Shown piece after piece: positions 55,344-64,000 of a stretch of 64,000 nt of DNA. The position numbers were made by a program, and so were the translations under genes. Source of the stretch: an uncultured virus (IMG/VR IMGVR_UViG_3300047295_000025) (Duplodnaviria; Heunggongvirae; Uroviricota; Caudoviricetes; Schitoviridae). The notes under the pieces are model-generated. The model was not told the DNA's origin, did no database searches, and saw only the letters and a list, made by a program, of their open reading frames with translations. The first letter of the stretch is position 1. Every line of letters begins with the position of its first letter. The DNA is taken from IMG/VR virus record IMGVR_UViG_3300047295_000025; one strand, given 5' to 3'.

Positions 55344-56162
55344 TTACGCAGCGCCGGCGAACAGCGACTTGCGGGCTTCAGCCGGAGCTTCAGCAGCCTC
55401 AGCCGTTTCCGACTGGACTTCATCAGCGACGGCTTCGGCAGCAGCCGTGGTATCGACAGCAGCAGCAACGTCAGCTGCAACAGTTCCCGTCATGGGAGCT
55501 GCTTCAGGACGAGCAGCAACCGGACCACGGGTCTGGGCGACAGGAGCCGCCTTGGTTTCCGTGGCAGCCGGAGTGCCGTTGGTGATCTCGATGTCAGCCA
55601 TGAAGCCTTCGGCTCCACGAGTGGCACGCAGATCGATGGTGATCTCAGAGCCTTCCTTGACGGAGATCTGGCTCAGGATGTGAGCTTTGATCGCGTCATG
55701 GATTTCAGACTCGACGATGGTAATCCGCATGGGATCATCCTCTTCAGATTGGGTTTGGGTCAGGTCGAATTCTCCCGGTTGATCGAGAGTGAGAGTCACC
55801 TCAGCCCTTGGATTAACGGGATCCACATGCCCATACTCGAACTTGATCGTTAGAACAATCTTGTGATTGTCATCAGAGAGAACTTTCTCAGCGACAAGAC
55901 AGTCGCAGAAAAACTTATCGATGATGCACAGCACGTTAGCTGTGTCCAACTCCGCCTTCGTTCTGGGAAATAGGGTGTAGGTGAGGTGGACAGGTCCCAG
56001 ATTACGCGGGATTCTGGCCAGAAGCGGCTTTACTAGAGCCGCGTAGTTCACCTTAGCTTTGGAAAGCGTCTGGTGATGTGTGTTTCGATAGACGTTCAGG
56101 TTCAACATGAACCTTTTGTTTTTCGAAACTTGCACGAACAGCGGAAGCGAAATGGTCCACAT
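55344..56162 (-). CDS. RusA-like Holliday junction resolvase (gp46-like) in frame with a gp47-like domain
   Basis: LNLNVYRN, LDTANV..IIDKFFCD...DDN; internal MRITIV at 55730 with GAGGA RBS. Confidence 0.75.
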   Translation of the reverse strand: MWTISLPLFVQVSKNKRFMLNLNVYRNTHHQTLSKAKVNYAALVKPLLARIPRNLGPVHLTYTLFPRTKAELDTANVLCIIDKFFCDCLVAEKVLSDDNHKIVLTIKFEYGHVDPVNPRAEVTLTLDQPGEFDLTQTQSEEDDPMRITIVESEIHDAIKAHILSQISVKEGSEITIDLRATRGAEGFMADIEITNGTPAATETKAAPVAQTRGPVAARPEAAPMTGTVAADVAAAVDTTAAAEAVADEVQSETAEAAEAPAEARKSLFAGAA

Positions 56163-56236
56163 ACAGTGATGACCCCTAGAGTTAACTAGGGGCCATCCTG
56201 TAGTCAGTAGAACAGATCAGAGCAATCGTATTCTGC

Positions 56237-56995
56237 TCAGTTCTTCGCACCGAAGAGGCTCTGACGGGGAGCACCGCCACCGCCCGATTGGGGAGCACCA
56301 CCCAGCTTGGCCGAGGAGCCAGCTTGGCCGTCCTTGATCGTCCGCTTGTCGCGGGTCTGACCACGGTTCTTCTCGACCCACGCAGGGTGGAAGACAGCGG
56401 TTGCCGTGGTGTTGTTCTCGGCAGCCGTCTGGGCTTCAACCACAGTCAGCTTGGTGGCCGTGTCGAACACCTTGTCGATACTGACTTCCTCACGGGTGTC
56501 AGCGACAGGAACGTACTCGTCGCCCTGCTTCTGGGTCTTGTTGACCAGCGTTTTGACGAGGCCGAGGGTGACCTTGGCATCCGTCAGCTCGGTGAGAACG
56601 TGGACAGACTTCGGCACTTCGCGCTTGGCGTCGTAGTCGTAGATCTTGACCATCTTCTCTTCGGTCGCTTGGGCATGGAGTTCCTTGCCCGTAGCGATCA
56701 GGCAGAGGTCGTTGATCGTGGTGAAGCCCGGGAGCGGGATACGCTTGGTGGCGTCCTGCTTGTTCGGGAACCAGTTCTCACCCTGCTTGTTGGTGATCCA
56801 GATGGTCTCACGGTATTCCTGGCCACCGATGTCAGCGACGACAGCGATGCCCTTGGCTCCAGAGTTCGCAGCGTCAACCGCGTACATGACCTTGATCTGG
56901 GCGTCGTAGCTGTCCGTGTTGGGTTGTGAGAACCCGCCCAGACGGTCTTCGGTCTTTTCGAGACCTTCAGTTTTCAGATTGCCGAAAAGCGACAT
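56237..56995 (-). CDS. N4-type single-stranded DNA-binding protein (gp45-like)
   Basis: DRLGG, YRETIWIT, LPGF, C-terminal SLF; synteny. Confidence 0.85.
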   Translation of the reverse strand: MSLFGNLKTEGLEKTEDRLGGFSQPNTDSYDAQIKVMYAVDAANSGAKGIAVVADIGGQEYRETIWITNKQGENWFPNKQDATKRIPLPGFTTINDLCLIATGKELHAQATEEKMVKIYDYDAKREVPKSVHVLTELTDAKVTLGLVKTLVNKTQKQGDEYVPVADTREEVSIDKVFDTATKLTVVEAQTAAENNTTATAVFHPAWVEKNRGQTRDKRTIKDGQAGSSAKLGGAPQSGGGGAPRQSLFGAKN

Positions 56996-57051
56996 GATCT
57001 GTTCCTTCGATGGTTGATGTGATTGTCGGGATCGTCCCTCCGACAGAGGGT

Positions 57052-57804
57052 TTAGTGGCTGTAGAACTTGTCGAGGTGGTCCAACAGCAACTGTGCATCG
57101 TTGTCCATGAAGGTCTGTTCCCGAGAGAACATCCCCATAGGAGAGCGAATGCGTTCGCCAACCGTCTTGGCGGTGGGACGAGTCTGGAAGACGTGCTTGT
57201 AGCCCAGTTCCTTGTCTTCGTCCGTGATGGTCAGGAGGTCAGAACCGTAGGCCTCAAGGGTCTTCAGGTCCATTCGTTTGGCAGATACCACAGTCGAGAA
57301 GTAGGCTTCGATGCCGTTATTCTTGAGGGCACCCTTGATCGGGACGGTAGTCTTGATCTCCATCGCCTTCTCGTCCAGCTCATCTTTGACGTGAGCCAAG
57401 AAAAGAACTGGGATCGGTAGAACAGAGACCATCTCTTGCATCATGGTCTTGAAGAACTGCTGGTATTGCTGCCAGCCGTCCATCGTATTCGCAGACCTGA
57501 TTACATACTGGGTCTCGAACATTTCCATGAGGAACGTGAGAGTGTCTACGATGACTCCTTCCCGCTTCATGGTGCCATCGACCAGTGCTCGCATACCCTC
57601 GTGGACTTGGTACGGATCAGAGATCGTATAGCTGTCGAACTTGTTTCTGAACGGGAGGCGCTTGCCTGCTTCGCAGTTCAGGTACATCCAGTCTTGCTGG
57701 TTTCGGATGTTCCGCAGAGATGCGGATTTGCCCCCTGTGGAGGCACCTACGATCAGAGCGAGCTGATCGTTGGTGTTTACTGGGATAGTTTCAGCTTCAC
57801 TCAT
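57052..57804 (-). CDS. Sak4-like AAA ATPase (gp44-like)
   Basis: GASTGGKS, NCEAGKRLPF, ERIRSPMGMF. Confidence 0.85.
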   Translation of the reverse strand: MSEAETIPVNTNDQLALIVGASTGGKSASLRNIRNQQDWMYLNCEAGKRLPFRNKFDSYTISDPYQVHEGMRALVDGTMKREGVIVDTLTFLMEMFETQYVIRSANTMDGWQQYQQFFKTMMQEMVSVLPIPVLFLAHVKDELDEKAMEIKTTVPIKGALKNNGIEAYFSTVVSAKRMDLKTLEAYGSDLLTITDEDKELGYKHVFQTRPTAKTVGERIRSPMGMFSREQTFMDNDAQLLLDHLDKFYSH

Positions 57805-57874
57805 GATGAGTTCCTGTTCGGGGGTGGTGTCATGATCCCCAACCAAACAAAAGAATGGCTGGGGACCGAGACAG

Positions 57875-60034
57875 TTAACGGCTTGCGTCTTGGAACCGCT
57901 TCGCCACGGTTTGAAGAACCGTAGCGTTGATCTCATCCTCAGAGAGAGGATTGTTCAGCGCCTTGTTGAAGGAGTGAACGCGATCATTGACCTGACGCAG
58001 ATCCATCTGGCCGGAGTCCACAAGAGCCAAGGCGTACTTGATCATGTGGTTGTTCCGGTTGCCCGAAGCGATTCGTTGAGCGAACCACCGTTCCAGATTA
58101 TCGAGGCTGTCGAGCTTCTGGATCTGAGTTCTGTGGGTCTCATTCCTTGAGGTCTTCGGAATGAAGTCCAAGATGTCGAGCAGCTCACCTTCCATGTTGT
58201 AGTGATACTGACCACCGTGGAATGTTTCCCACTTCTTGGCTCTCTGGTTCGCACTCTCATCCGTATTGAACGGCAGCCAGTTCATGATCTGGTTCATGAA
58301 CTCCTTGTACTCTTCGGTGTCGAGATACAGGGTGTGCGTCATCGGGATGATCAGTCGGAAGCGGTTCTCCTCAGGAGAGTGACGCTTCGTCGTGTAGGTC
58401 ATGAACTTGAACTCCTTCATGAGTTCGTGTGCCGTGTTGAGGTTTACACCTCCGTCCACGTCAATCACGATCATGTTGAAGCCAGCGATCACCTTGTCCT
58501 CGGACCTGTGCTGGTCCTTGAACTGGTGATTACACCAGTGCATTCCCTGAGCTTGGGTCAGGAGATGGAGCTTGTCGAACGGGACCTCCTCGCCTGCGTA
58601 GTGGTAGGCCCAGTGGTCCGAGTACGACAGACGCATCTTGTTCAGATCCGTCTCCTCAAGGGTTTCACCCTTGAAGAACTCGATGGTGTCCACGAACGTC
58701 TTCTTGATGACGATGTGGTGCTTGTAGCCCCACGCCGTAGCGAGAGCCATTTGCTCCTGACGAGCAGCGTTGCCGCTCTTGTAGAAGGGCAGAGCTTCGA
58801 GAAGGTCAGTGTGAGTGACCTCTTTGCCGACCGCAGCGATGTAGCGAGCCAGTTTAACGTAGGTCTTCTCTCTGTTCAGAATCGTCTGGAAAGCTGCTCC
58901 AGACTCCTCAACCAGCTTGATAGCTGACATGAGATGACCCATCTCGACTTCTGAGGATGCGTCCACGAACGCGAAGGCACCCGCAAGCTTAAGTGCCTTG
59001 AAGTAGCGGTGAGAGAGTTCAGCTTTCTTGATCTCTTCGTGTTCAGGAAGTGCATCAGCAGCCCTCTCGCATTGGATCTTGTAGGTAAGCAGTCGGATGG
59101 CCACTGCGTCTTCAACGATCATCTTCCAGCCGTGCATGGAAGGATCTGCCAGCGAATGGAAGTGGGCAGACCACTTCTGGATCGTCTGGAGGTTCACAGG
59201 CTGGATGAGGCGATCATAGATCTCCTCAGGGGTGTCCGTGTCGTAGGGACGATGACGGTGCTGTCCGAAGCCGAAGATGCAGCGACGAGCATAGCCCGTG
59301 TCCAGCATGGAGTAGAACTGGTCTTCCGTCATGCTGCCGTCGAGAAGCTTGGAGGGCGTTCCGAAGAGCAGCATGTTGGTCGGCGTCTTGCCATCCAGCT
59401 CATCACCACGTTGGTTCTCAGCTGTGTTCTTGGTCAGCTTCTGCTTGACCATGCCCTGATCGTACAGCTCCAGGAACAGAGTGAGCACGTCTTGAGCACC
59501 GATCAGATTGGATCCGATCTCATCGATCTGAAGGTTGATCGAGCCACAGCCTGACATCAGCAGCTTGTGTCTCAGCTGCTTCACGGCTGGTGGAGTACCG
59601 GAGTCGAAGGTGAACGGGAATGCACCTGCTGCCTTGAACTCTTTCTCCAGCTTGGTGAACTCTTCTTGCTGGTCGGTGCCGTTACGAGCTGCTCGCTCGT
59701 TGGCCATGTTCCACAGCTGCTGTTCAGCCAGCACGTCGAAGGTGTTCTCCATGAACCGTCGCTTGAACGGTGCCATGAATTCGGTCTCGATGATGTTGAC
59801 CGAGTGGCCCTTGCCGAAGCCAGAGGTGGCCAGAGCCAGAGCGTAGATGTTGACCGGGATTTCACCTCGGTCTTTGGTGACGATGACGGCTCGCATGGTG
59901 GATGCCATCTTCGCAAGGAAATAGGCGACCTCAGCTCTGAAGAAGCCTTGGTCTGTGTTCTGGGTCTTGGCACACAGCACATCCACCATGTCTTGGAGTG
60001 CTGGATGGTGCTCGACGTTTGACAGGTCAATCAC
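57875..60034 (-). CDS. DNA primase/helicase-like protein (gp43-like)
   Basis: SGFGKG, IDEIG, VIDVDG, TTKRH, GNRNN (PriCT-like); GTG start coupled to gp42. Confidence 0.88.
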   Translation of the reverse strand: MIDLSNVEHHPALQDMVDVLCAKTQNTDQGFFRAEVAYFLAKMASTMRAVIVTKDRGEIPVNIYALALATSGFGKGHSVNIIETEFMAPFKRRFMENTFDVLAEQQLWNMANERAARNGTDQQEEFTKLEKEFKAAGAFPFTFDSGTPPAVKQLRHKLLMSGCGSINLQIDEIGSNLIGAQDVLTLFLELYDQGMVKQKLTKNTAENQRGDELDGKTPTNMLLFGTPSKLLDGSMTEDQFYSMLDTGYARRCIFGFGQHRHRPYDTDTPEEIYDRLIQPVNLQTIQKWSAHFHSLADPSMHGWKMIVEDAVAIRLLTYKIQCERAADALPEHEEIKKAELSHRYFKALKLAGAFAFVDASSEVEMGHLMSAIKLVEESGAAFQTILNREKTYVKLARYIAAVGKEVTHTDLLEALPFYKSGNAARQEQMALATAWGYKHHIVIKKTFVDTIEFFKGETLEETDLNKMRLSYSDHWAYHYAGEEVPFDKLHLLTQAQGMHWCNHQFKDQHRSEDKVIAGFNMIVIDVDGGVNLNTAHELMKEFKFMTYTTKRHSPEENRFRLIIPMTHTLYLDTEEYKEFMNQIMNWLPFNTDESANQRAKKWETFHGGQYHYNMEGELLDILDFIPKTSRNETHRTQIQKLDSLDNLERWFAQRIASGNRNNHMIKYALALVDSGQMDLRQVNDRVHSFNKALNNPLSEDEINATVLQTVAKRFQDASR

Positions 60035-61014
60035 TGAACGTACTGGTCCTTCTGTTTGCAGCCGAGGAAGGCAGGGCAATAGCCACAGGCCTTCACTTCA
60101 CCGGGAATGGTCTTGACGATGCCGACACCCTTTTCAGCTCGGAAGGCGTTGGCCTCCTGAAGAGTGTCGAAGTTCTTGGTGGATCGGCCACCAGCTTTCG
60201 CTGTCTCCGGGTCCTTGTAGTATTTGAAGGATGGGGACGAGCGCCAAAGCTCTTCATCCGTGCAGTCGGGGAGTTGATCTTCAGGAGCATCCCAGTATTT
60301 GACCAGCAGAGCGAGCTTGGCTCTGATGAACTGCTCGGTAACTTCAGAAGACCACAGAGGAATCGACTTGGTTTCGACTCGCTTCTGCGGATAGTTGGGG
60401 TTGGTTTTGGCCTGCATCTTCTGCCAGTCGGTGAAGATGTAGTTGATGTGGATCTGATCCCCAGTGATGACTGTCGGGTTCAGCCACTTGTAGCAGGAAC
60501 CCTGCTTGCAGTGATCTTCGTCTCTGGTTCCAAAGAGCCACGAGTATGCGGAGGTGGATTTGTTGTCGTATACCTCACCATCAGCCACCATGTCGTATTT
60601 GCCACCGATGACGAAGGTTCGACCTTCGACGGTGATCTCACGATGGGACCGCTGTTCCAGATAGACTGGTATGATGTCCTTGATGGACGCCAGCTGCTGG
60701 GGAGTGGGATTGACGATGATGCGTTCGATGACCTCCTGAGGGTACCCCAGGAGCTTCAGAGACCGATCTGAGCCATGGACCCAAGCCTTCTCGATGCTGT
60801 CGTGCAGAGCGTTCCCTAGCGCCCGGGAGATATAATCCTGAACGTCGGACTTCTGCTCGGAGGGTGGGATCCTTTTGGCAAGAAGGATCTGCTTGAGAGG
60901 ACGCATCAGCGTCGTCACAGAGATGTAGTTCGGGGTGTTGTTGTAGTCGTATTCGTCGTGGAGGAGCCAGACTGCCAAAGGCAGGCTGATCCCCGAGGTG
61001 TTGGTTACCCTCAT
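60031..61014 (-). CDS. PD-(D/E)XK exonuclease (gp42-like)
   Basis: ISVTTL, GNALH, GKYD...DNKST, CGYC...C. Confidence 0.85.
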   Translation of the reverse strand: MRVTNTSGISLPLAVWLLHDEYDYNNTPNYISVTTLMRPLKQILLAKRIPPSEQKSDVQDYISRALGNALHDSIEKAWVHGSDRSLKLLGYPQEVIERIIVNPTPQQLASIKDIIPVYLEQRSHREITVEGRTFVIGGKYDMVADGEVYDNKSTSAYSWLFGTRDEDHCKQGSCYKWLNPTVITGDQIHINYIFTDWQKMQAKTNPNYPQKRVETKSIPLWSSEVTEQFIRAKLALLVKYWDAPEDQLPDCTDEELWRSSPSFKYYKDPETAKAGGRSTKNFDTLQEANAFRAEKGVGIVKTIPGEVKACGYCPAFLGCKQKDQYVQ

Positions 61015-61026
61015 GTGGGTCCTCCG

Positions 61027-61299
61027 CTAGGGTTGGGTTGCTCGATGCTCGCCCATCAGAGCTGCGTAGGCAGCCATGTCTGTGTAGTCGTCTAGTCGGA
61101 ACGACCCCTGAGAGGCGCGAGCCATCTTCAGGAAAAGCATGAAGCCCCAGCCTTGGGCTTCAGTGATGGGATTGTCAGGGAAAGCTGCGTTGAACATGGC
61201 CACAGTCTTGGCCATAGCACGCTCTTTCTCTTGATCTCGTTCGGCGGAACGCTGCTCCATAACATCGGCAGCGTTCCGCAGGATATCGGGTGCGTGCAT
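61027..61299 (-). CDS. DUF6378-like small helical protein
   Basis: FMLFLKMAR...DDYTDMAAYAAL. Confidence 0.7.
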   Translation of the reverse strand: MHAPDILRNAADVMEQRSAERDQEKERAMAKTVAMFNAAFPDNPITEAQGWGFMLFLKMARASQGSFRLDDYTDMAAYAALMGEHRATQP

Positions 61300-61301
61300 G
61301 A

Positions 61302-61616
61302 TCAGTTGGCCGTTTGCTCGCCAGCATCGACACCTTCGAGGAACTCGGAGTTCCTCATGTGGCCGAGATAGCTGATGGAATAGACCATAGCGTCCATCAT
61401 CTGGGTCTCAGGGTTGCCGACCTTCTGGGCCAACGTGAGCTGAAGGGTCTGGTTGGCCCGACCGATATCCTTGGCTCGGATGTCGATGGTCTTGGTTCGG
61501 AGAACCGCATTGAGATCGACACTGGTGATGTTGCCGTCGATCATGGCAATCACCTTGCCAGCGATCAGATGGAAATGCTGCTTGGGTTCCAGAGCAGCGA
61601 CGGTGGATTTGGTCAT
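61302..61616 (-). CDS. N4 gp40-like hypothetical protein
   Basis: SISYLGHM..EF motif; synteny. Confidence 0.62.
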   Translation of the reverse strand: MTKSTVAALEPKQHFHLIAGKVIAMIDGNITSVDLNAVLRTKTIDIRAKDIGRANQTLQLTLAQKVGNPETQMMDAMVYSISYLGHMRNSEFLEGVDAGEQTAN

Positions 61617-61720
61617 GGGGTTCTCGCACGAAAATAGGGGCCAGACCGGATGTCTGACCCCCAAGAAAAGCTGGATTGGGTCTCCCGTGATGAACCACAA
61701 GAGACGTGTTGTAGCAAGCC

Positions 61721-62053
61721 TTACTCTGCGACGGGCGGGTCGATGAGTTCCGGCACGGGGATCAGAGCCGAAGCTTCCTGAGCGTTGACCATCTGGTCGA
61801 TATTGTTGGCTTCCTGAAGCAGGAAAGTCGGGGAGTGCGACAGGACCGTCACGATGTTCAGGGCCTGCTGCTTGCGCTCAGCAGTGAGAAACTCGGCATT
61901 GGTGTTGATGGTGCTCATCAGATCCGAGAAGTCTATTTTGGCCAGCTCAAAGTTGATGGCTTTAAGCGGTTCGAGTTCGAGTTTGGCGATGGCGAGATTG
62001 GCTTCAGCGATCTGAAGTTGCAGCTCTTGGAGGGTCTTGTTTTGCACGTTCAT
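61721..62053 (-). CDS. Hypothetical protein (possible fibre assembly chaperone)
   Basis: 110-aa helical ORF downstream of fibre gene; AGGA RBS. Confidence 0.55.
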   Translation of the reverse strand: MNVQNKTLQELQLQIAEANLAIAKLELEPLKAINFELAKIDFSDLMSTINTNAEFLTAERKQQALNIVTVLSHSPTFLLQEANNIDQMVNAQEASALIPVPELIDPPVAE

Positions 62054-62123
62054 TTCCTGTGTTCAGGGATGGAATTCAGTGAGACCGTATGATCGGTCCC
62101 TTGGGAGAATGCAATAGTGGGTC

Positions 62124-64000
62124 TTAGGCGTTACCGATCAAGCCCACACCGACAGTGCCGGTTTGAACTTTGCCCGCTCCGTCTGTCGCAGTCCAAGAGA
62201 ACATAGCTTGTTTTTCTTCACCAGAGGCGACTGTTGCAGTGAAGGCTGTTGCTGCTGATGTCCCAGCTGTAGCGGTGATGGCGCTGTCTCCGTAGATACG
62301 GGTCCAAACATATGTGACAGATCCAGAAGCATTTGTAGGCGTCAGGGTGACTGTACCTGAGGTCACAGAACCTGCACCAACTCTGGTTCCAACCCGTGAA
62401 GTATGGCTGGAAGTCACGGTGAAGCCAGATGCAAGAGCGGAACCACCCACATACGGAGCCACGTTGGCTCTGTAGAAGTAGGCGTTTGCTCTGCTGTGGT
62501 TGCCCCAAGTGACGCTAGACGGACCTTCCCACTCGGTGAGCTGTCCATCAGTACCAAATGCAGCACCCCAAGCGATGATCCGTGAGTTAGATCCGGTGGT
62601 TGTAACCAGAACATCGACTGCGTTGTCGAAGGTCGTGTTGTCACCGAACTTGATGTAGTCGGCGTCCAGAAGGATCCGGGTTCCGTAGGTCGAGGACACA
62701 AGGCGAAGACGAGCAGTCCCGCCACCAGTGTCAGCTACGACCTCGTAGCGAGCCAGAGTGTTCTGGGCGGAAAGGCCTGCAACTGTTGTCTGAGTAACAG
62801 AAACACTGGCTGAGAGGGCAGGCAGAGCAACACCTGCTGCTATTTCTTGCTCGGTTGCGGGCCGGAAGAAGCAAGAATGCCACTCGATGCTGTTTGCAGC
62901 AGCTATTGAGCCGTGACCTTCCCAGTGGGACATGGCGTAAAGAATACCGCGCGTAACTGCCGTGTTGCTGCTCGATTGAACCAGTTTTGAAAACTTGTAG
63001 CGCCGCCCCACAGTACCGACACCTTGAACAACCGAACCAGAAGGCTCGGTTGCAAAGGAGAGGTAGTGTCCATGAATGCCGTTCGCGTCAGCCTGAGCGT
63101 CAACATAATAAACACCCGCCCCGGTGAATGCTCCAGAGTAGAGAGTTACTTCCGCTTCGATTACCAAATAACCACTGGGCCGCACGGAATTGAGCGGCGT
63201 CAGTTGATATACGCCAGCGTTCGATCCTGGGGGACCAGCCAACCGCATCCCATAACCCGCTGGAACACCAGCAGTGCGAACTGCTGAGCCTCCGTTAATC
63301 CAGTCATACCAGTCGTTAGGTACTGCTGGAGACGAAGTGTAGTTAGTGAACCTTGGGTTCATAGTAACTGACTGCGTTGCAACAGTGGCGGCAATGGTTG
63401 CTGACGAAGAAGCACTTGCAGCTGAGGCCGAAGCGTTGGACGCCTGTGTGGATGCGGTTGAGGCCGACGATGAGGCGTTACCTGCCGAGACCCCAGCGTT
63501 GGTGGCTTGAGTAGCAGCCGAGGTGGCAGACACACCAGCAGCACCAGCTGACGTAGAGGCGCTAGATGCAGACGTGGCGGCAGCAGTAGCCGATGACAGA
63601 GCTGCTTGCGTTTCAGTAATGTCTTCCCAGTAAAGATAGTTGACCGCTGAAACACAGGGACCGTTGTTGTAGTTTTGAAGGACTAGTAGTTCGATAGATC
63701 TGGTGCCGACCGGGAATATTGACCAAGTACCTGTGCCTTCACCCGTGATTGGAGCACCCGCTCCGTTCACTAAGCTGTCCCGCTTAACCCAGCCAGTGTT
63801 GGCAGGCCAAGCATCTCCGATAATCGCGGAGTAGGCATACGAGCCGGGGTTGTGAGAGAGAGCGTTTCCGTTGGCATCGAAGGCTGCAAAGCCGACGTAA
63901 AATTGGCTCGAACCAGAACCAGCACCAACGTAAACTTCAGTGCTGACTTTATATTTGCGGGTGGTGTCTACTGGAAAGCGTTTTGTAGAACGCCACTGTC
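62124..64000 (-). CDS. Tail fibre / receptor-binding-like protein, 5' end beyond window
   Basis: Frame open to the window end; Ala/Ser/Thr-rich linker alternating with aromatic beta-rich CBM-like modules; Ig/PKD-like C-terminus. Confidence 0.75.
   Translation of the reverse strand, partial: QWRSTKRFPVDTTRKYKVSTEVYVGAGSGSSQFYVGFAAFDANGNALSHNPGSYAYSAIIGDAWPANTGWVKRDSLVNGAGAPITGEGTGTWSIFPVGTRSIELLVLQNYNNGPCVSAVNYLYWEDITETQAALSSATAAATSASSASTSAGAAGVSATSAATQATNAGVSAGNASSSASTASTQASNASASAASASSSATIAATVATQSVTMNPRFTNYTSSPAVPNDWYDWINGGSAVRTAGVPAGYGMRLAGPPGSNAGVYQLTPLNSVRPSGYLVIEAEVTLYSGAFTGAGVYYVDAQADANGIHGHYLSFATEPSGSVVQGVGTVGRRYKFSKLVQSSSNTAVTRGILYAMSHWEGHGSIAAANSIEWHSCFFRPATEQEIAAGVALPALSASVSVTQTTVAGLSAQNTLARYEVVADTGGGTARLRLVSSTYGTRILLDADYIKFGDNTTFDNAVDVLVTTTGSNSRIIAWGAAFGTDGQLTEWEGPSSVTWGNHSRANAYFYRANVAPYVGGSALASGFTVTSSHTSRVGTRVGAGSVTSGTVTLTPTNASGSVTYVWTRIYGDSAITATAGTSAATAFTATVASGEEKQAMFSWTATDGAGKVQTGTVGVGLIGNA

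Noticed and set aside
60031..61014. Cas4-like nuclease as a CRISPR component
   Set aside because: It is the conserved N4 gp42-like exonuclease in its usual replication context

Overview
This window is most of the genome of an N4-like podophage (Schitoviridae-type), circularly permuted. From 1 to about 23.4 kb (minus strand) it holds the early/middle genes: gp1, gp2, RNAP1/RNAP2, Ig-like capsid decoration protein, AAA/VWA pair, dCTP deaminase, rIIA/rIIB, MazG-like pyrophosphatase and the start of the helicase. The probable genome-end junction is near 23.5 kb, followed by a tRNA/ncRNA cluster. From 25 to 55 kb (plus strand) lie thyA, an Acb2-like anti-CBASS gene, terminase, a lysis cassette, portal, capsid, ejection proteins and a 3,592-aa virion RNA polymerase. 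From 55 to 64 kb (minus strand) lie the replication genes and a relocated tail-fibre-like gene. The main oddities are: (1) a membrane-anchored PAS-like protein heading the lysis cassette; (2) a 136-nt CCA-ended tRNA-like RNA with a hairpin inserted in its D-loop; (3) virion-RNAP promoter hairpins with GTCA tetraloops and covarying stems; (4) a 14-bp-period AAATC hairpin array after gp1; (5) an early protein ending in the bacterial SSB tip DDIPF; (6) several structured intergenic RNA candidates and a DnaA-box cluster. All assignments come from motif recognition and synteny by eye; no searches or folding programs were run. The host cannot be determined from this window.
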